NCBI RefSeq assembly: GCF_035594765.1 | Contig: NC_085841.1 | Span: 45,677,636 to 45,741,635 of the forward strand | Source: Anolis carolinensis | Taxonomy: Eukaryota | DNA: 64,000 bases | Direction of reading: 5' to 3' | Shown here: positions 11,918 through 26,400 of the stretch, one piece after another | Numbering within the stretch: position 1 is the stretch's first letter | How the letters are laid out: each line of letters begins with the position of its first letter | Translations under genes and position numbers: made by a program | Notes under the pieces: generated by a model | Seen by the model: only the letters and a program-made list of their open reading frames with translations | The model's database searches: none | Told to the model about the DNA's origin: nothing

Positions 11918-13879
11918 AATATTTCAGAAGATGGATTTCAGAATAAAGAGAATAAAAGATTTCCGAACATTTATCTTGCCTTTAGAATACATGCATGTAA
12001 ATATACATGTATAAACAAACTGGTCGCAGAAATAGGGTTAATATCCCTAATATCCATGCAAAACAAGCCATGATCCATTCATTTAAGTGGTCAGAAGATG
12101 CCTCTCTTTTCTTTCCAGCATTCTTCAGGAACATTAGGGTTAACTGGGTGTGTTCAAGCATAGAAGGAAATACCAACTTACAAAATCACAGATATTTTCT
12201 CCCAGAGCATCCAGAGTTACCATTTTATTTTTCCATTAAGAACACTAGTGTGTCCACTCGTTGCTATTGTTAGCAAGAATACCAAAACTGAAATCATGTG
12301 AAAAACTTTATTTTTCATTAATAATCCAATAAACAAAATAATATGTGGTTTTCATCCTTTTATCTGTTTAGAATGATTTTGGAAATGAAAAGATGAAGCA
12401 TGCTTGGAAATAAATGTCTATGTACTAGTTCTTTATTTTAAACAAACTTTATCCTGTATTTCCTCATCAAAAATTACCCAAGAAAGCATACTGGACTGTT
12501 TCTTAGGGTTGGGGATGATTCTGGTGTCTGTTGTCTTTCCCCACTAGTAAATAAAAGAGGGATGTTCTGCTTTTCTATTAAAATGTTTGTAGAAGTAATA
12601 TAAGATTTGCTAGACTGTTCTTTAAAAGAAGAAAAAGCAATGACAAGCAAGACTAAAGTGGGCCCTTGATGTAGGCCCTTGATGTCCCTATGGACACAAA
12701 ATCATTGGATGGTCAAATCCCATTATATACGATGCATAAAAAGACAAAGTCAGTGATCTGTTTGGAGGGAGGCAGGGGCAATATTTTCAAGCTTTGTTTG
12801 GTTGAGTGTTTTGTATAGAATCAGTTGATACAGAGAACCAACTGTATGGGGTTGGCTTGTGCAATTTGGCTGAACTGCTATTTTAACTGTATTTGTTTTT
12901 TAAAAGTTTATTTTTAGATTAACCCAGTTTATTATTCTTGTACCTTGTCGTCCCTATTAACAACATAAAAATCAAAGTGGTCCCTGGTCAAAAAAAAGTT
13001 GGGAACCACTTCTCTATAGTCAGGATGTAACTGAAAAATGGAGGTGCACCCCCCATTTAATAGACCTAGCTTGTGTAAGACACACCATGGCTTTCTTCTA
13101 TTCTGATTGGCCCAACAGGCAGGGCTCACAGAGAAACGCCTTGTGAGAACAAAACATCCTCTCTGTGTGCTGTATGTTCCCGAATAGAAACTGAAAGTAG
13201 CCGTAATTGGCAGCCGTGTGGTCCATTTCAGACAAAAAAATGGCTATGGGATCCTTTCAATTACGGATTTCTGAATAAGCCGAACAAGCCGAAACAGCCA
13301 AAGGCAAACATCTAAAATAAATCCATACACAAGTCTAATATGGGGTTTAAAACATAATTAATTCTGATGAGGGAAGTGAAGGATTTCAGTTATAAGACTA
13401 TCACAGTACTCAAATAGTCTGTTCTGATGGCATGCTACAAGGGTGAAATGATATCTTACCATACAATCCTAAATCTGAAGCAGAAGGAAATGGTTGCCTA
13501 AAACAAAATAAGGAAAAAGAACCACAGAACAGTTGATTCTGCTAACATAACAAAATGTGTGATGAAATGTGTGTGATAAAATAAAATTATACTTTTTTAA
13601 GCTTCCAGTAGGCAATGTATGGTTATCAGTATAAGAGTGTTAAGAAATGTTGTTCAGTTATAAAGTTTTGTTTTTCCAAAAAAAAGTCTTCATGAATCAC
13701 GATTGAAATAACGGGCAACTTGCAGTTATTTCTGTTTAAATGTTTCATATTCTTATTAATCAATAAACCCAGATTCATTTTCACTTAAAGGAAAAATTCA
13801 CCTAATAAACAGCGTTAATCTCTAGAACACAACTTCTAGATTTCAATAATCCTAATTATTCTACTGCTCTTATTGCTAG

Positions 13880-13935
13880 GTTTGCTGAAGCCAAATCACT
13901 CGGAGAAAAAGTAAACGAAATACGAAATAAGATCA
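13880..13935 (+). CDS. KIF6: KIF6 coding exon (FAEAKSLGEKVNEIRNKI)
   Basis: ttgctag| acceptor, |gtaagt donor, phase 2-1, continues the frame of the previous exon. Confidence 0.92.
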
Positions 13936-16900
13936 GTAAGTAACTGTGTTCAACTTTATTTTTCTTCTTTAAAATGCTAGAATTGCAATTATTGCATACT
14001 TTAAAGCTAAAGCAACACTAAAATTGCTGAAATGGATGGTATGAACAAAGCAAAACAAAAAAAAAACCATACTGGAGTGTTATAGGTTTTAGTGAATAAT
14101 AGAATAGATTCCATTTTTCTTGTATAGGCAATAGAACCTACATATTAGGTTAATTCTCTCTGTGTTTATTAAAACATTTAAATAAATTCCGGTCACAAAA
14201 ATACAGTTATTACTGCCTGTGTTTTCCTCAGTGATTCCACATATTTATCTGAAAGATTTTACATGTTAAGCTCAGTTTCATTTATTTCTTTCAATGCTAA
14301 TGCCATACAACCTATTTTTGTAGTCCCCAAATCTAAAGAAATTGGGTTTTTTTTAGTTTCTTCATCTGAACCAAGACAGATGTACTAGGTGGATAGACAA
14401 CAGGAACCAAGAACATGAGTGTGACTAGTTTTTACTACTGCTCAGAGCATCATTCATTATGCCATGCATGGAACCTAACCTGCCAGAATTATAGTTAACA
14501 ACCCAATTGCAAGAATTATAGGCATCTGTGGCTTACAGCTACATACTTAATATACTTTTATTGTTGTTTTGGTTTTATTCAAACATTCCTGGCTGCCCCA
14601 TTGTGCACAATTAAGGCCAGATAACTTCCACATTAGTTTCTGTTTTTCCAGCCAACACTTAATAATACAAAACTCTGCACCACAAAGGTCATTGGAGGAC
14701 TTTTTTGGTAAGCCACTTAATGCAATGGAGAACCCATTTTACCAGTCTTGATGATTTATAGTGATGCTGACAGACATCGATTGGCTGTAGCTTCAATATC
14801 TGCCACATATATTTTATTTTTACAGTTTTTCATAGTAGTGACCATTATTTTGCAGTACTGCAGCTCCTCCCCAAATGATCCATTGCTGCTTCTTCCCGAG
14901 GAAGTAGGCACAGCTTTCAATGCTATCTTCATTGCTGGATGTTTTTCAAACTAAAGTATCCAAATCTTGCAAAATTGAAGTGAAATCCAGTGTGAGAATT
15001 TACTAATGTACCAAAAGATCTTTTTGACCATTTTGGTCTCACAGATCAGACAGCTCTTCTACACAGACCCTAAAATGAGGAAGTTACCAGGATTTTTACC
15101 CTCCCCCCATTGAAAACCCAGATTTGGCGCTGTCTGAAAGCGCCCAGAGAATCCAGTGGTAATGAATAAATGCATCACTACTGATAATACTTTATAGAGC
15201 AGTTACAATTTGCAAATTGCAGTACCCATTTTAGAAAAAAGGAACTTAGATGTGATGATGGTAAAACTAGAGCAGAGAGGCCCTATACTATAAATCTATT
15301 ACTCTATCCACTAGACTTCCTGGCATGAAAGGACATTTTCTCACTTGTAAATCTTAAACTCCTAGTACTAGAGTTACTGGAGCAGAATCTATATAGTCAG
15401 TGATAAAAGAGAGTTACTCTGTATGTACTGTAGAAGGGAAAGTACACTTCGCTCTATGCCTATGGACCGAATTGGTTTTCAGAGAAATATAGATTTCTTA
15501 CAACCTGATGTCTGACTTAGGCTGGATCTACACTTCCATATAATCCAGTTTCTGAGTACAAATGAACTGCATTCAACTGGCTTATAAAAATCGACACTGC
15601 TATATAATTGAGTTTCAGAGTGCAAATTAACTGCAAATTAACTGGGATCAATTGATATTCCAAAACCTCTTAAGAAGCAGCTGTTCCTCTTATTCAGTTC
15701 AAATCTCAGTGAATAATATAATTGACATTGAGGACAAGATGAAGCAGACTTTCATTTCAAGTAGGCCTTCCCAAAGTAATGCATTTTGAAAATACAATAA
15801 CAACACAGGGCTTGGTCACTTTTATTTATTTAAGAATTGTGACTGGTTCATACAGGATACAAAGGCATTGCTAAAAATTGCTATGATACAACTACAAATT
15901 CCATTTCTGATGGTCATCATACATTGTATTAATAGCAACCTTAGAGAAAATAATGCAGTCACCTCACTGTCTAGAAATGTTGTATATTTGTGCATTAAAC
16001 ACAGATTCTGTACTTTATGTTGTATTAGTCAGATATATTTTCGGTTGCTTTGTATAGTGTGAAATCACTAGAGCAGTGAGAGAATAATTCTTGAATCTGT
16101 GTTAAGAGTCTGATACATTCCTCACTTTGCAGTAGTTTCTATACTTAACATTTCAAAACCACCTCTCATATCTCCCGTTATTCTTCATTTTGACTCCCTT
16201 GCTTCAAGAAGGTGCATTTACTTCAATCATCTTTGGTCCATTGCTAGCTTTACTCTCATCCTTCATATATGCATTGAAGAAGAGATTTGGAGTCACAAGA
16301 AAGAAATCATATGGAATAAATCGCAGGTGTTCCCACCTGCTATTAATATCCTGTTTGGAGTTTAGATGCCTCTAGTCTTTTTATTTATTCATTATTTGTA
16401 AATCCACGTGGTATGTGAAGAATTCAGAAGTATTTTTTCCTAAAATCTGTGGTTGGTGATCTTGTCTCTGTAGGATAAGTAAACCCAAATTGAAAGATGA
16501 TGTGAAAGGAAGTGAAATAAAGTCAGGATCATGAATATATGATGAAGCTGTCCTGGTAAATTAGAAGATAAGAGGAAAAAGTGAATGGTCTAGATAGGGC
16601 AAAAGATTTGCATATTACATCAAGGCAATCATAGCTCTATATGGAAATGTTTGTTGGAAAACTTAACAGTGCCATTGGGGAATTTTTAATATATTGGGGC
16701 ATTTGTTACATTCATCCTGAATTATTTGCCTCAAAATGAAGTCCTAGAATATTACAGTGTCTGACATCTTTAATCCAAAGTAGAACAATTTCTTATTTGC
16801 ACCATTAAATTGACTCTTTCTGTATGCTAAATTGCTTTCCCCAAACTCAAGAGTTTCAAGACAGCGTGTATTACAAACCCCACAGTTTAATTTGAGGGTT

Positions 16901-17010
16901 GGAGGAGTAGGATTTGGAATCTAACAAATCTAGAAACTGCCAGGTTAGGGGAGGCTGCTCCAAAGCAAGATGTCTATGAATTTATCAACTATGATTTCCC
17001 ATTAACTTAC

Positions 17011-17012
<2 letters not shown>

Positions 17013-17070
<58 letters not shown>
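17013..17070. repeat. (TTTC)n microsatellite
   Basis: Seen directly. Confidence 0.95.
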
Positions 17071-17071
<1 letters not shown>

Positions 17072-18906
17072 TTCTTTTTGTTTGTTTTTACCAACATATA
17101 AATGGGCAGTAAAATGCAGAAAAACCCTTCTAGATCAGCAGATAGCTGCAACACATTTAGCTAAAGAGAGATGGAAGAAAATATTCCTGATAAGTGAATT
17201 TGTCTTCATTGTCACATCTAGCTATCTCTGTACCAATCTTCTACCTTCTTTTTTGCAGCATTTATCCAGGACTGGTTTCTATAATTTTTACTTGCCTTTA
17301 CTGACAGTTATACCCTAATATGTATCCCTTTGCCATACATTATAATTCTGTATTGATATTTGATTTTGTAAAGAAGCTTCCCCCTCAGGGTCAGCATATT
17401 TCAAAATACTAGTGTAAATCGTATTGTAATGGGTTTCTACTTTCTTGCAAGAGCTCTGGGCTTTCATTGGAAACATACATCATGAACAGGACAGATTCTT
17501 ATAACGTATGGCAACATTTAAGAAAATGACTTCATGTGATCTATGAACATGCCTAGGCAGAATTCACAAAATTGTTTTAATAAAATACAAAGGCAGCATT
17601 TTCCTACTTAATTAAACCTTAACTCATGCAGAATTAGCGCTGTCAACACAGCTTTGTTGGGGCCTATTATATTAGGAAAATGACCCATGACAGAATATTC
17701 TTATAGTATAAGTTCATCATTTCAGAATCTTAGATAAGAGTGAGTCAAAATAGATTTGTTTAATTTCAATGTTGCACTGTACTGAAGTATTAAAATGACT
17801 TAAAATCCATGTGTAGTCAGTTAGCTTTGAAACATCTCCAGGAGTTACACGAAGGTTTCACAAGGAATGTAGGTAGTTTAGAAGAGACGCTGTCTTTAAA
17901 ATTCATTACAATGGGTTAAATGTAGGAGTGACATTATATTATAGAATAATAAGGAGGATCCCATAAAAATTCTTGCTGAGATAATTAAATGACTCAGAAT
18001 GTGATTGTCTTATCTGATGTTTATACTGCCCTTTCTCTAAGAAGTTCAGAATGATTTACATCCACCCCTTTTGTTCTCTGTGTCTTTATCAATATATTGC
18101 ACTCATGTATGTTTACACCAAAAACAAACAAACATTTGGATCTTTAGTCTAGAACTTCTTCAGCTTTAATTCAGGATGGGCTTCACAGAGTTCTTTAAAG
18201 GTGCTGTCATTCAGGATACTTTGAAAACTGTGTTTTGAATCTACTTTTCTGGAGAAAAGGTCCATACATTATATCAAATTCTGAAGTGATCCATGTCTCC
18301 AAAAAGGTTAAGAGCCACTGGCCTAGTAACAGTACAATTTTGTGCTAGGCAGGAGGGAAATAATTTTAGTCATTCAGAGGTAAAGCATGTCATTTGGGAC
18401 TTTTTTCTCTTACTCCTATGACTCTCTTGAGCACCAAAACCTGCACCAAAAGGTTTTAGAATGCACAGGACTACAAAAAAAGAGGGAAGGTTACTGATTC
18501 TGACAACAGTAGTGGGATCCAGCAAACATACAACACTGGATCATTGCTTGAATGTTTGCTTATTTACTTAATACATTTATATCTACTTGTACTTAGAAAT
18601 AAGTAACACACACACAAATAAAAGCTAAAGCAGTGGGTACAAAGTAACAATCTAAAGTAAACAGGGATAAAACATGTTTTGAAAAACTTGTGGGGGCGAG
18701 AATTTACATACACTACGTAAGCATCAGAGAACCAACTCTGAGGGCAGCAGTCCCCAAATCCATTTCAAGATATTCTAAAATTATTGAAGAGCTTGTGGTT
18801 GAAATCTGTACAACAATCTCATACAGAACAGTACTGTTCTGTAAGAGGCTCATTATGTGGTTCTTTGGAGGTAAGCTCCATTGTATTTAATGGAGTCTAC
18901 TGTTAA

Positions 18907-19025
18907 GTAGACTGGCTTAACCTCGAAGGAGCTGGGGGTGGTGATGGCCAACAGGGAGCTCTGGCATGGGCTGGTCCATGAGGTCACGAAGAGTCAGAAG
19001 TGATTGAATGAATAAATAACAACAG
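18907..19025 (+). mobile_element. RTE/BovB LINE 3' fragment
   Basis: Matches the reverse complement of the copies at 31685 and 38872 (LKELG..ADRELW.GLVHEVT). Confidence 0.75.
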
Positions 19026-19937
19026 CAACTCTTGAGTAAATATGCATAGGGTTGTACTTCTGCATGGACAGATTATGGTAGAGATGGAATCTGAATGAAA
19101 GATGAATGCTTAATTTGCCACAAATAATGCTTAGCCTTAACCCTACACTAGCCATGCTATTTCACTAATCATCCAGTTTGGATTAAAAAACTTCCACTTA
19201 AAGTCTCTTCATTATGTTAACATTATACAATATATTGTTATAGTAATTATTAGTACTGTAACTGTCAATGGCCCACATAAATATTTTTAGCTATGAGGCT
19301 TGCCACTTCTTGAAGCATTCAATCCATTTGTATATCTTCTTGTTAATTTTGATCCCATGCCACTTTATACAGATGGAATGATTCAAACAGGAAGCTAAAC
19401 CCAAACAAAATGGGAGGGGGGAGCTTGTTTTTCTACCAATTGCTAATTAGGAACTTGTAATCTGAAATTATAACTATAAATGGAAATCAGTGGCCTTGCT
19501 AAGTAAATTTTCAGTGGAGAATAGATCTTTTCTCATCCATGTTTCTTCCTCTTATTTTTTATTGTAATCTTTATAATGTTACATCTTTAATCAAAATGTG
19601 TTCACATTTTGTTAGTTTCATTTCTTTTCCATATCTTTGTATGGAATATGTGTCCAGAATGGTCAGATTTATCACAGGTCTAATGACAGGCAACTGCATG
19701 CAGAATGAATTCCTTAATTTTCCCAAAGAACCTTTTTCCAGAACATATGGAGATTGAGCATTCAAATTTTTATGGGCACTTATCTCTAAATGAATAATAA
19801 AAAATTTGGAATAAAATAAAGTATCAACTGGGGGAATATTTTAGCAGTCTCTTTAGTGAGGCATCAGAACATCATAATTGGCTAGGGAAAGAGATGTTCC
19901 AAGTTATAATTTCAGTTTTATTTGAGCTTTACTGAGT

Positions 19938-20160
19938 ATCATAGAATTATAGTGTTGAAAGCGACTCCATAAGTCCCCTGTTTACTATAGGATCTCCATT
20001 TACAGCAATCTCAGCAAGTAAATGTCCAGCCTCTTTTTGAAGACAACTGGAGAAGAAGACCCCACCACCCCTCTGGGCAATTCATTCCATTGTCAAATCA
20101 CCCTTACTGTCAAGAAGTTCTTTCTGCTGTTTATTTGAAATATACTCTACTGTAATTTAG
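19938..20160 (-). mobile_element. CR1 LINE 3' fragment (degraded)
   Basis: atcatagaat tail and cttactgtcaagaagttc segment shared with the other CR1 copies. Confidence 0.6.
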
Positions 20161-21624
20161 ACTCCATCTACTGTAATTTAGGCTCCAATTTAGACTCCAT
20201 CTGTAATGCAGTTTATACTGGATTATATGGTAAGGGTAGACTGATATAATGCAGATTGAACTGCATTGAACTGGATTATATGAGTCTGCACTGCCATATA
20301 ATTCAATTCAATGCAGTTAATCTGCATTCTGAAACTGGATTATATATGGCAGTTTAGATGAGGACATAGAACCATTAGTGCCACCTAGAAGTGAGGGCCC
20401 TACTGTAGATAAAGCCTGACCTGGATAAACTATAGTGGGGCTACTTTATCTGCACATCAAATTGTTGGGATCAAAACAAAATATATACAGTATATAAACT
20501 TTATTACGGTCTATAGATCCGCAGCTATTAAGTGGATAAGGATCAAAACATATATTTCCTACAAAAACAGTTTTACTTGAACAAATACTTGTGTTTGTTC
20601 ATATCTTTCTTTTGTTTACATAAAAAGCTGTGTGCATGCATGGTATTGAAATCAACTCCTAATTTTATTACAGATTTGTTGTGATAGCTTTTTTGTGTTT
20701 TATCATCCACATTACCTCCAACTTTGTCTCTGTTAATCACTGTATCATTTCTGAAGTGTTCTGTTGCCTGGGCTAGTAGTTTGGGCTCCACCACAAGCAA
20801 TCCCATATTTATTTATGACAACAGGAGTATTGTGTCCAGAGCTTTAAAAAAAGTTGTCCTTGTTGTCTGGGAAATAAATCCATGATTATTTAATCATTAT
20901 TTGCAATGACAAATAAAGTTTGCAGGAGAAAAAAACATTCCTTCTCAGTATTCCCCCTATGTTCAATCATCCAGAAGTGTTGTACAGGATTATTTCCGCA
21001 GCTATTCTTGCACAAAAAAACTCTACAGAGGTAGGTTTTCTGTGCAGAAAATTGTGTATTCTATGTAGAAAACATTTTTCTCTGCAGAAAGCATGGTTCT
21101 CCCATGCAACAAACACATATTTCCTCTATAAAACATTCCTGTGAAATCCTTCAGGGTATTCAGTACCAGAAGAAAACTGTGCAAATTTCTTCCCAATGAC
21201 TTCTGATCGGTTGGGAAGGAAATAGCTGTATAATTCAGCAATAGGCATGCATTAGGAAGCTATGGTTCAAGATTAGATCTCCTATTCTCTCTAACTGACA
21301 TCACAGCTCATTAGCACTATAAAGGCATCACAGAGGGATGTGAAGTTGAGATACCACTCTTATTTAATAGTAGGTTTTTATATCTGTACTTGGATGTGCT
21401 CATATTGATTAACCTGTAATGGAAATTGTAGTCCATCTTCTATACTCTAAGTATGTGCATTGGAGGACATAGTATTTTAATTAATTATCTACACATCATT
21501 TTGTAATGGAATTATACCAGCCCAAAAACAAATGTGAAAATACTGATGCATCTCTCGAGAAGGTGATACAAATTTCCTTTGTTTGCTTGGCAGTTATTGG
21601 ACCCTAGGGGAAAATAATATTCAG

Positions 21625-22117
21625 TTTATTTATTTATTTATTTATTTAGTCTTTATATTCCACCCTTCTCACCCCGAAGGGGGCTCAGGGCAGATCACAA
21701 TGTGCACATATAATAGCAAACATTCAATGCCATATAAACATCAAGACAGAGACAGAGACGCAGAAGCGATTTAACATTCTCCAGTTTCCAGCTTCCTGAG
21801 GGTATACTCGATTCCGGTCACAGGGGGAGCAGCTGCTTCATCGTCCATTGTGGCATCTTGATGGATACTTCCTCATTCCAAACGGGAGCTGGACTAGTTT
21901 TATGGTGTCGTAAATTAGTTAAATTTGCCTCCCTGCAGAGCAGTACCTAAATTCCTACATGATAGATGCAACTATCTTTCGGTTGCTTAGGTCAACAACG
22001 AGCAGGGGCTATTTTTCATTTTAATTGTCGGGTGCTCACCCTGACACGGGCTTACCTCGAAGTCACGACCTCTTAGTCAGAGTGATTTATTGCAGCTGGC
22101 TACTTAACCAGCTGCTC
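21625..22117 (-). mobile_element. tRNA-derived SINE (same family as 5388-5888)
   Basis: Reverse-complement match over ~490 bp, (TTTA)n at left. Confidence 0.85.
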
Positions 22118-22190
22118 CAGAAGTGGTCAGAAGTGTTTATTTCATTCCTGTGATCTACAATTGTCCAAAGGTGTAACCTTTAATGTGAGG

Positions 22191-23527
22191 TAAGATTCTG
22201 GAAAAGATCATTAAGGAAGTGGTCTGCAAACACTTAGAAACAAATGCGGTCATTGCTAATAGTCAACACGGATTTACCAAAAACAAGTCATGCCAGACTA
22301 ATCTGATCTCTTTTTTCGATAGAGTTACGAGCTGGGTCGATACAGGGAATGCTGTGGATGTAGCCTACCTGGATTTCAGTAAAGCCTTCGACAAAGTCCC
22401 CCATGACCTTCTGGCAAACAAACTAGTTAAATGTGGGCTAGACAAAACTACGGTTAGGTGGATCTGTAATTGGCTAAGCGAACGAACCCAAAGGGTGCTC
22501 ACCAATGCGTCGTCTTCATCATGGAAAGAAGTGACAAGTGGAGTGCCGCAGGGTTCCGTCCTGGGCCCAGTTCTGTTCAACACCTTTATTAACGACTTAG
22601 ACGAAGGGTTAGAAGGCACGATCATCAAGTTTGCAGACGACACCAAACTGGGAGGGATAGCTAACACTCCAGAAGACAGGAGCAGAATTCAAAACGATCT
22701 TGACAGACTAGAGAGATGGGCCGAAACTAACAAAATGAAGTTCAACAGGGAAAAATGCAAGATACTTCACTTCGGCAGAAAAAATGGAAATCAAAGATAC
22801 AGAATGGGGGACGCCTGGCTTGACAGCAGTGTGTGCGAAAAAGACCTTGGAGTCCTCGTGGACAACAAGTTAAACATGAGCCTACAATGTGATGCGGCAG
22901 CTAAAAAAGCCAATGGGATTTTGGCCTGCATCAATAGGGGAATAGCGTCTAGATCCAGGGAAGTCATGCTCCCCCTCTATTCTGCCTTGGTCAGACCACA
23001 CCTGGAATACTGTGTCCAATTTTGGGCACCGCAGATGAAGGGAGATGTTGACAAGCTGGAAAGCGTCCAGAGGAGGGCGACTAAAATGATTAAGGGTCTG
23101 GAGAACAAGCCCTATGAGGAGAGGCTTAAAGAGCTGGGCATGTTTAGCCTGCAGAAGAGAAGGCTGAGAGGAGACATGATAGCCATGTACAAATACGTGA
23201 GGGGAAGTCATAGGGAGGAGGGAGCAAGCTTATTTTCTGCTGCCCTGCAGACTAGGACACGGAACAATGGCTTCAAACTACAGGAAAGGAGATTCCACCT
23301 GAACATCAGGAAGAACTTCCTCACTGTGAGGGCTGTTCGGCAGTGGAACTCTCTCCCCCAGACTGTGGTGGAGGCTCCTTCTTTGGAAGCTTTTAAGCAG
23401 AGGCTGGATGGCCATCTGTCGGGGGTGCTTTGAATGAGATTTCCTGCTTCTTAGCGGGGGTTTGGACTAGATGGCCCATGAGGTCTCTTCCAACACTACT
23501 ATTCTATGATTCTATGATTCTATGATT
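22191..23527 (+). mobile_element. 5'-truncated CR1 LINE
   Basis: Uninterrupted RT frame, 3' UTR and (TTCTATGA)n tail. Confidence 0.95.
22219..23433 (+). CDS. CR1 ORF2 C-terminal part (reverse transcriptase), stop-free but lacking the endonuclease
   Basis: [38 protein letters not shown] motifs. Confidence 0.85.
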   Translation: MVCKHLETNAVIANSQHGFTKNKSCQTNLISFFDRVTSWVDTGNAVDVAYLDFSKAFDKVPHDLLANKLVKCGLDKTTVRWICNWLSERTQRVLTNASSSSWKEVTSGVPQGSVLGPVLFNTFINDLDEGLEGTIIKFADDTKLGGIANTPEDRSRIQNDLDRLERWAETNKMKFNREKCKILHFGRKNGNQRYRMGDAWLDSSVCEKDLGVLVDNKLNMSLQCDAAAKKANGILACINRGIASRSREVMLPLYSALVRPHLEYCVQFWAPQMKGDVDKLESVQRRATKMIKGLENKPYEERLKELGMFSLQKRRLRGDMIAMYKYVRGSHREEGASLFSAALQTRTRNNGFKLQERRFHLNIRKNFLTVRAVRQWNSLPQTVVEAPSLEAFKQRLDGHLSGVL

Positions 23528-25117
23528 TTGTGGCTGAATGTCATATTTAAAGAGATAATGAATCTAAATGGTCTCTACAAAGTTTCTGTCAGTGCCTTTG
23601 AACAAGGGAAAAAATGAATACAGTCCATCTACACTATCACTTTCTCAAGCATAATTGGAATTGATGGAATTTCACAAAAGTGCAGCTGTAAAACAAGTTT
23701 GATGAATAAAGAAGCACTTCTTGCTTTTATATAAAACAGCTATAGAGATACAGAGATGGAGCAAATCATCTCCTTTTTGGTGATATAAATTCAAAAGAAA
23801 GAATAAGCTTAGATGCAACCACACCAAAATCTTTTAATCTGCAAATTTGCCCATGTCTGTAAAGAGATACATCAAATAGAGGAAAGGCACATTGGGGAAA
23901 TTTTGAATGTATTAAAACATCCACAATGGCAGTGCTTCTGTGTAGTAATTAACATATGAGTTGCTCTATTTATAGATGCGTTAACAGCTAATAAAATATA
24001 TGGAATTACTGGACTGCAGTTAGATTTATCCAAGCAAGAGTATGCCATCAGAAAAGTTTCTATATTTAGCTAGAAATTACTCTGTTTCCACAACTGAAAA
24101 TGTTCTTGGAACAGCAAGGGTTGAGCCCTTTGGCAATAATCATTCAGAAACACATTTACTGAGTACTTGCGTTCCCATTTATTTGTATTGATTATAAGCT
24201 TTTTTTTCCTGACTGTCTCTTTATTTTCCTTGTTAATTTTTCCATAGACATCATTTTGCAGTTAGACATGATTTTGGAGACTATTTCCATTCCTTTGCAG
24301 CTTCAAATTGTAGCTGGTGGCACAAACATCTGAAAAATGGACCTTCAGAAACAAAGCCAGAAAATTAATGTAGCTTTGTTAACATTAGATAAGAGAGCAA
24401 GAGAGAACAAAAAGCTCTTCTAACCCTTTTATCAATCTAGCTAGTAGCTACCACTTTTTGATTATTCATGTGGAAGTAGTTCAGACAGTTATTAGCTGAT
24501 TGAAGCACTGACCATTTAAAACTTCCTCTGTTTCTATTTTTTATTAATGCTTAAAACATTTCATAGAAACAGTTGTCTTCTCAGCCCACGTGGGCATGCA
24601 GTCCTTTCCCTACACCCCTAAGGATAGTGGCTTCCTTTATTAAAACAAAAGTTGATATTCTCCAGATGCTGACTTCTGTGTGTACAAAATCAAGAGTGAT
24701 TGTGTAATATACAGAGACTTTCCTGTGTGGCTGACAGTGATAGAAGTAAGAACAAAATGAGAATTTAATGTGCCACATCAAACCTTTATAGAAATCTTCC
24801 TCTTTCTTCTAATTTAATGTCAAGTGTCAAGGCAAGAGCATGTTGTTCATGTCAAAGCAATGACTGAGTCATTTCAATGTCTAGTTATTGTAGGTATTAA
24901 AGTATTGTCCAGAAATACTAATCTGTTTCCAGCATATTCAAATCACAAAGAAATAATAAAATCATCAATTTAAAATGACATACAAATCCCTACTTTACTG
25001 TCATTGTCAGCAATGTATAATAATTATGCAGAACCTTTAATTAATAATCTGTTAAATGTCTCAAGAGAGTCTATACTCACAGCAACAACTCAGTCTTCAC
25101 AAGTCTTCTGGTAAAGC

Positions 25118-25231
25118 AGTGGTTCTCAACCTGTGAGTCCCCAGGTGTTTTGGCCTACAACTCCCAGAAATCCCAGCCAGATTCCCAGCTGTTTAGCTGT
25201 TAGGCCAAAACATCTGGGAACCCACAGGTTG
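25118..25231. mobile_element. hAT-type MITE, internally deleted
   Basis: cagtggttctcaacctgtg left TIR and partial right TIR; same family as 25430 and 33260. Confidence 0.75.
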
Positions 25232-25429
25232 ATGTAGCATAGCACTGCTTCAGATTTAGCATTACTGCTAAAAGCAAATGATACTCTGAAGTTGTTTGGC
25301 TAGCTGCTTCTTCAGAAATATAGCCTAGAGCACCTGGTAACCATTGGTTGGTCTCCCACCGAACTCTTAACTAGGGCTGGTGCTTTTTAGCTTCCACAAT
25401 CAGATGAGATCTGGTTCCTTTATTTAGGC

Positions 25430-25564
25430 CAGTGGTTCTCAACCTGTGGGTCCCCAGGTGTTTTGGCCTACAACTCCCAGAAATCCCAGACAGTTCACCA
25501 GTTCTTAGGATTTCTGGGAGTTGAAGACCAAAATATGTTGGGACCCAAAGGTTGAGAACCACTA
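25430..25564. mobile_element. hAT-type MITE (135 bp)
   Basis: TIR cagtggttctcaacct; 8-bp TSD ATTTAGGC at 25422-25429 and 25565-25572. Confidence 0.9.
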
Positions 25565-26089
25565 ATTTAGGCTGAGTCATAGCTGAATATAAAAGTTCAC
25601 TTGGCTCAAGAATTCTTACGAAACTCGGTTCATCTCAATGTCTCTTGTCTTCCATTGGCTTAAGAAGATTCCTTAGATTTTAACATGCCTCACAATCGTA
25701 GGATAGAACTTGATGAAGTAAACTAAAACCAAACTTAGCAGAAATCATGTGATCTGTGCCCTTTCTCAGAAGTAAGGGATACCCGTTGGATACTTAGTTA
25801 GATTAAACCAAATTAGGTCAATATTCAGTACAATATTCAGTATTTCATTCTTTCCTGCAACTGCCATATAGAGCTGCTACTACTAGATTATACATGAGAG
25901 GAAGTGTCAAACAGAGCAAATACATGTAACATGCTAGCTAAAAAATCTCTGGTCTTTGTAGACAAGTTACATAAAATGTTTTGTAAAGAAACTTTGCTTC
26001 TCCTTCGTGATGTCTGTGGAATGCATCCCTCAGCATTTTCTGGAAAAATCAAGTTTCTAGAGGCACATGTTTCTTTTGAGCCAATATCT

Positions 26090-26400
26090 TTTTTGATACT
26101 GTTTTATTATCCGGGCAGAGGTTACTAGGGGGTGCTAGAGAGAGAAGGATAGTTCCTTTTACAGGGTGGGAGTTGAAAGAGGAAAACAATTTCCCTTTAT
26201 TTTTTGCTAGTTATTCCTCCTCACCACTTCCCATGTCATAAACGAGGGTTGTTTCCACAACAGGGGCATGGCTGGAGGAGAGGAAAACAGGGGGAAATGG
26301 TTTTACTCCTTCAACCCACCCTTCTCCTCCTAAAATAGACTATCCTCTCTCCAGCTCTCCCTTGTGGCCTCTGCCTGAATAATGGAACAGTACCAAAACA
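26090..26400. repeat. Long imperfect inverted repeat (fold-back/MITE-like)
   Basis: ttttgatactgttttattatccgggcagagg pairs with cctctgcctgaataatggaacagtaccaaaa; inner arms also pair; centre ~26245. Confidence 0.7.

Noticed and set aside
5962-21240. Numerous 60-150 aa ORFs in AT-rich intron
   Set aside because: No motifs, codon bias or splice-consistent structure; expected by chance or antisense to TEs.
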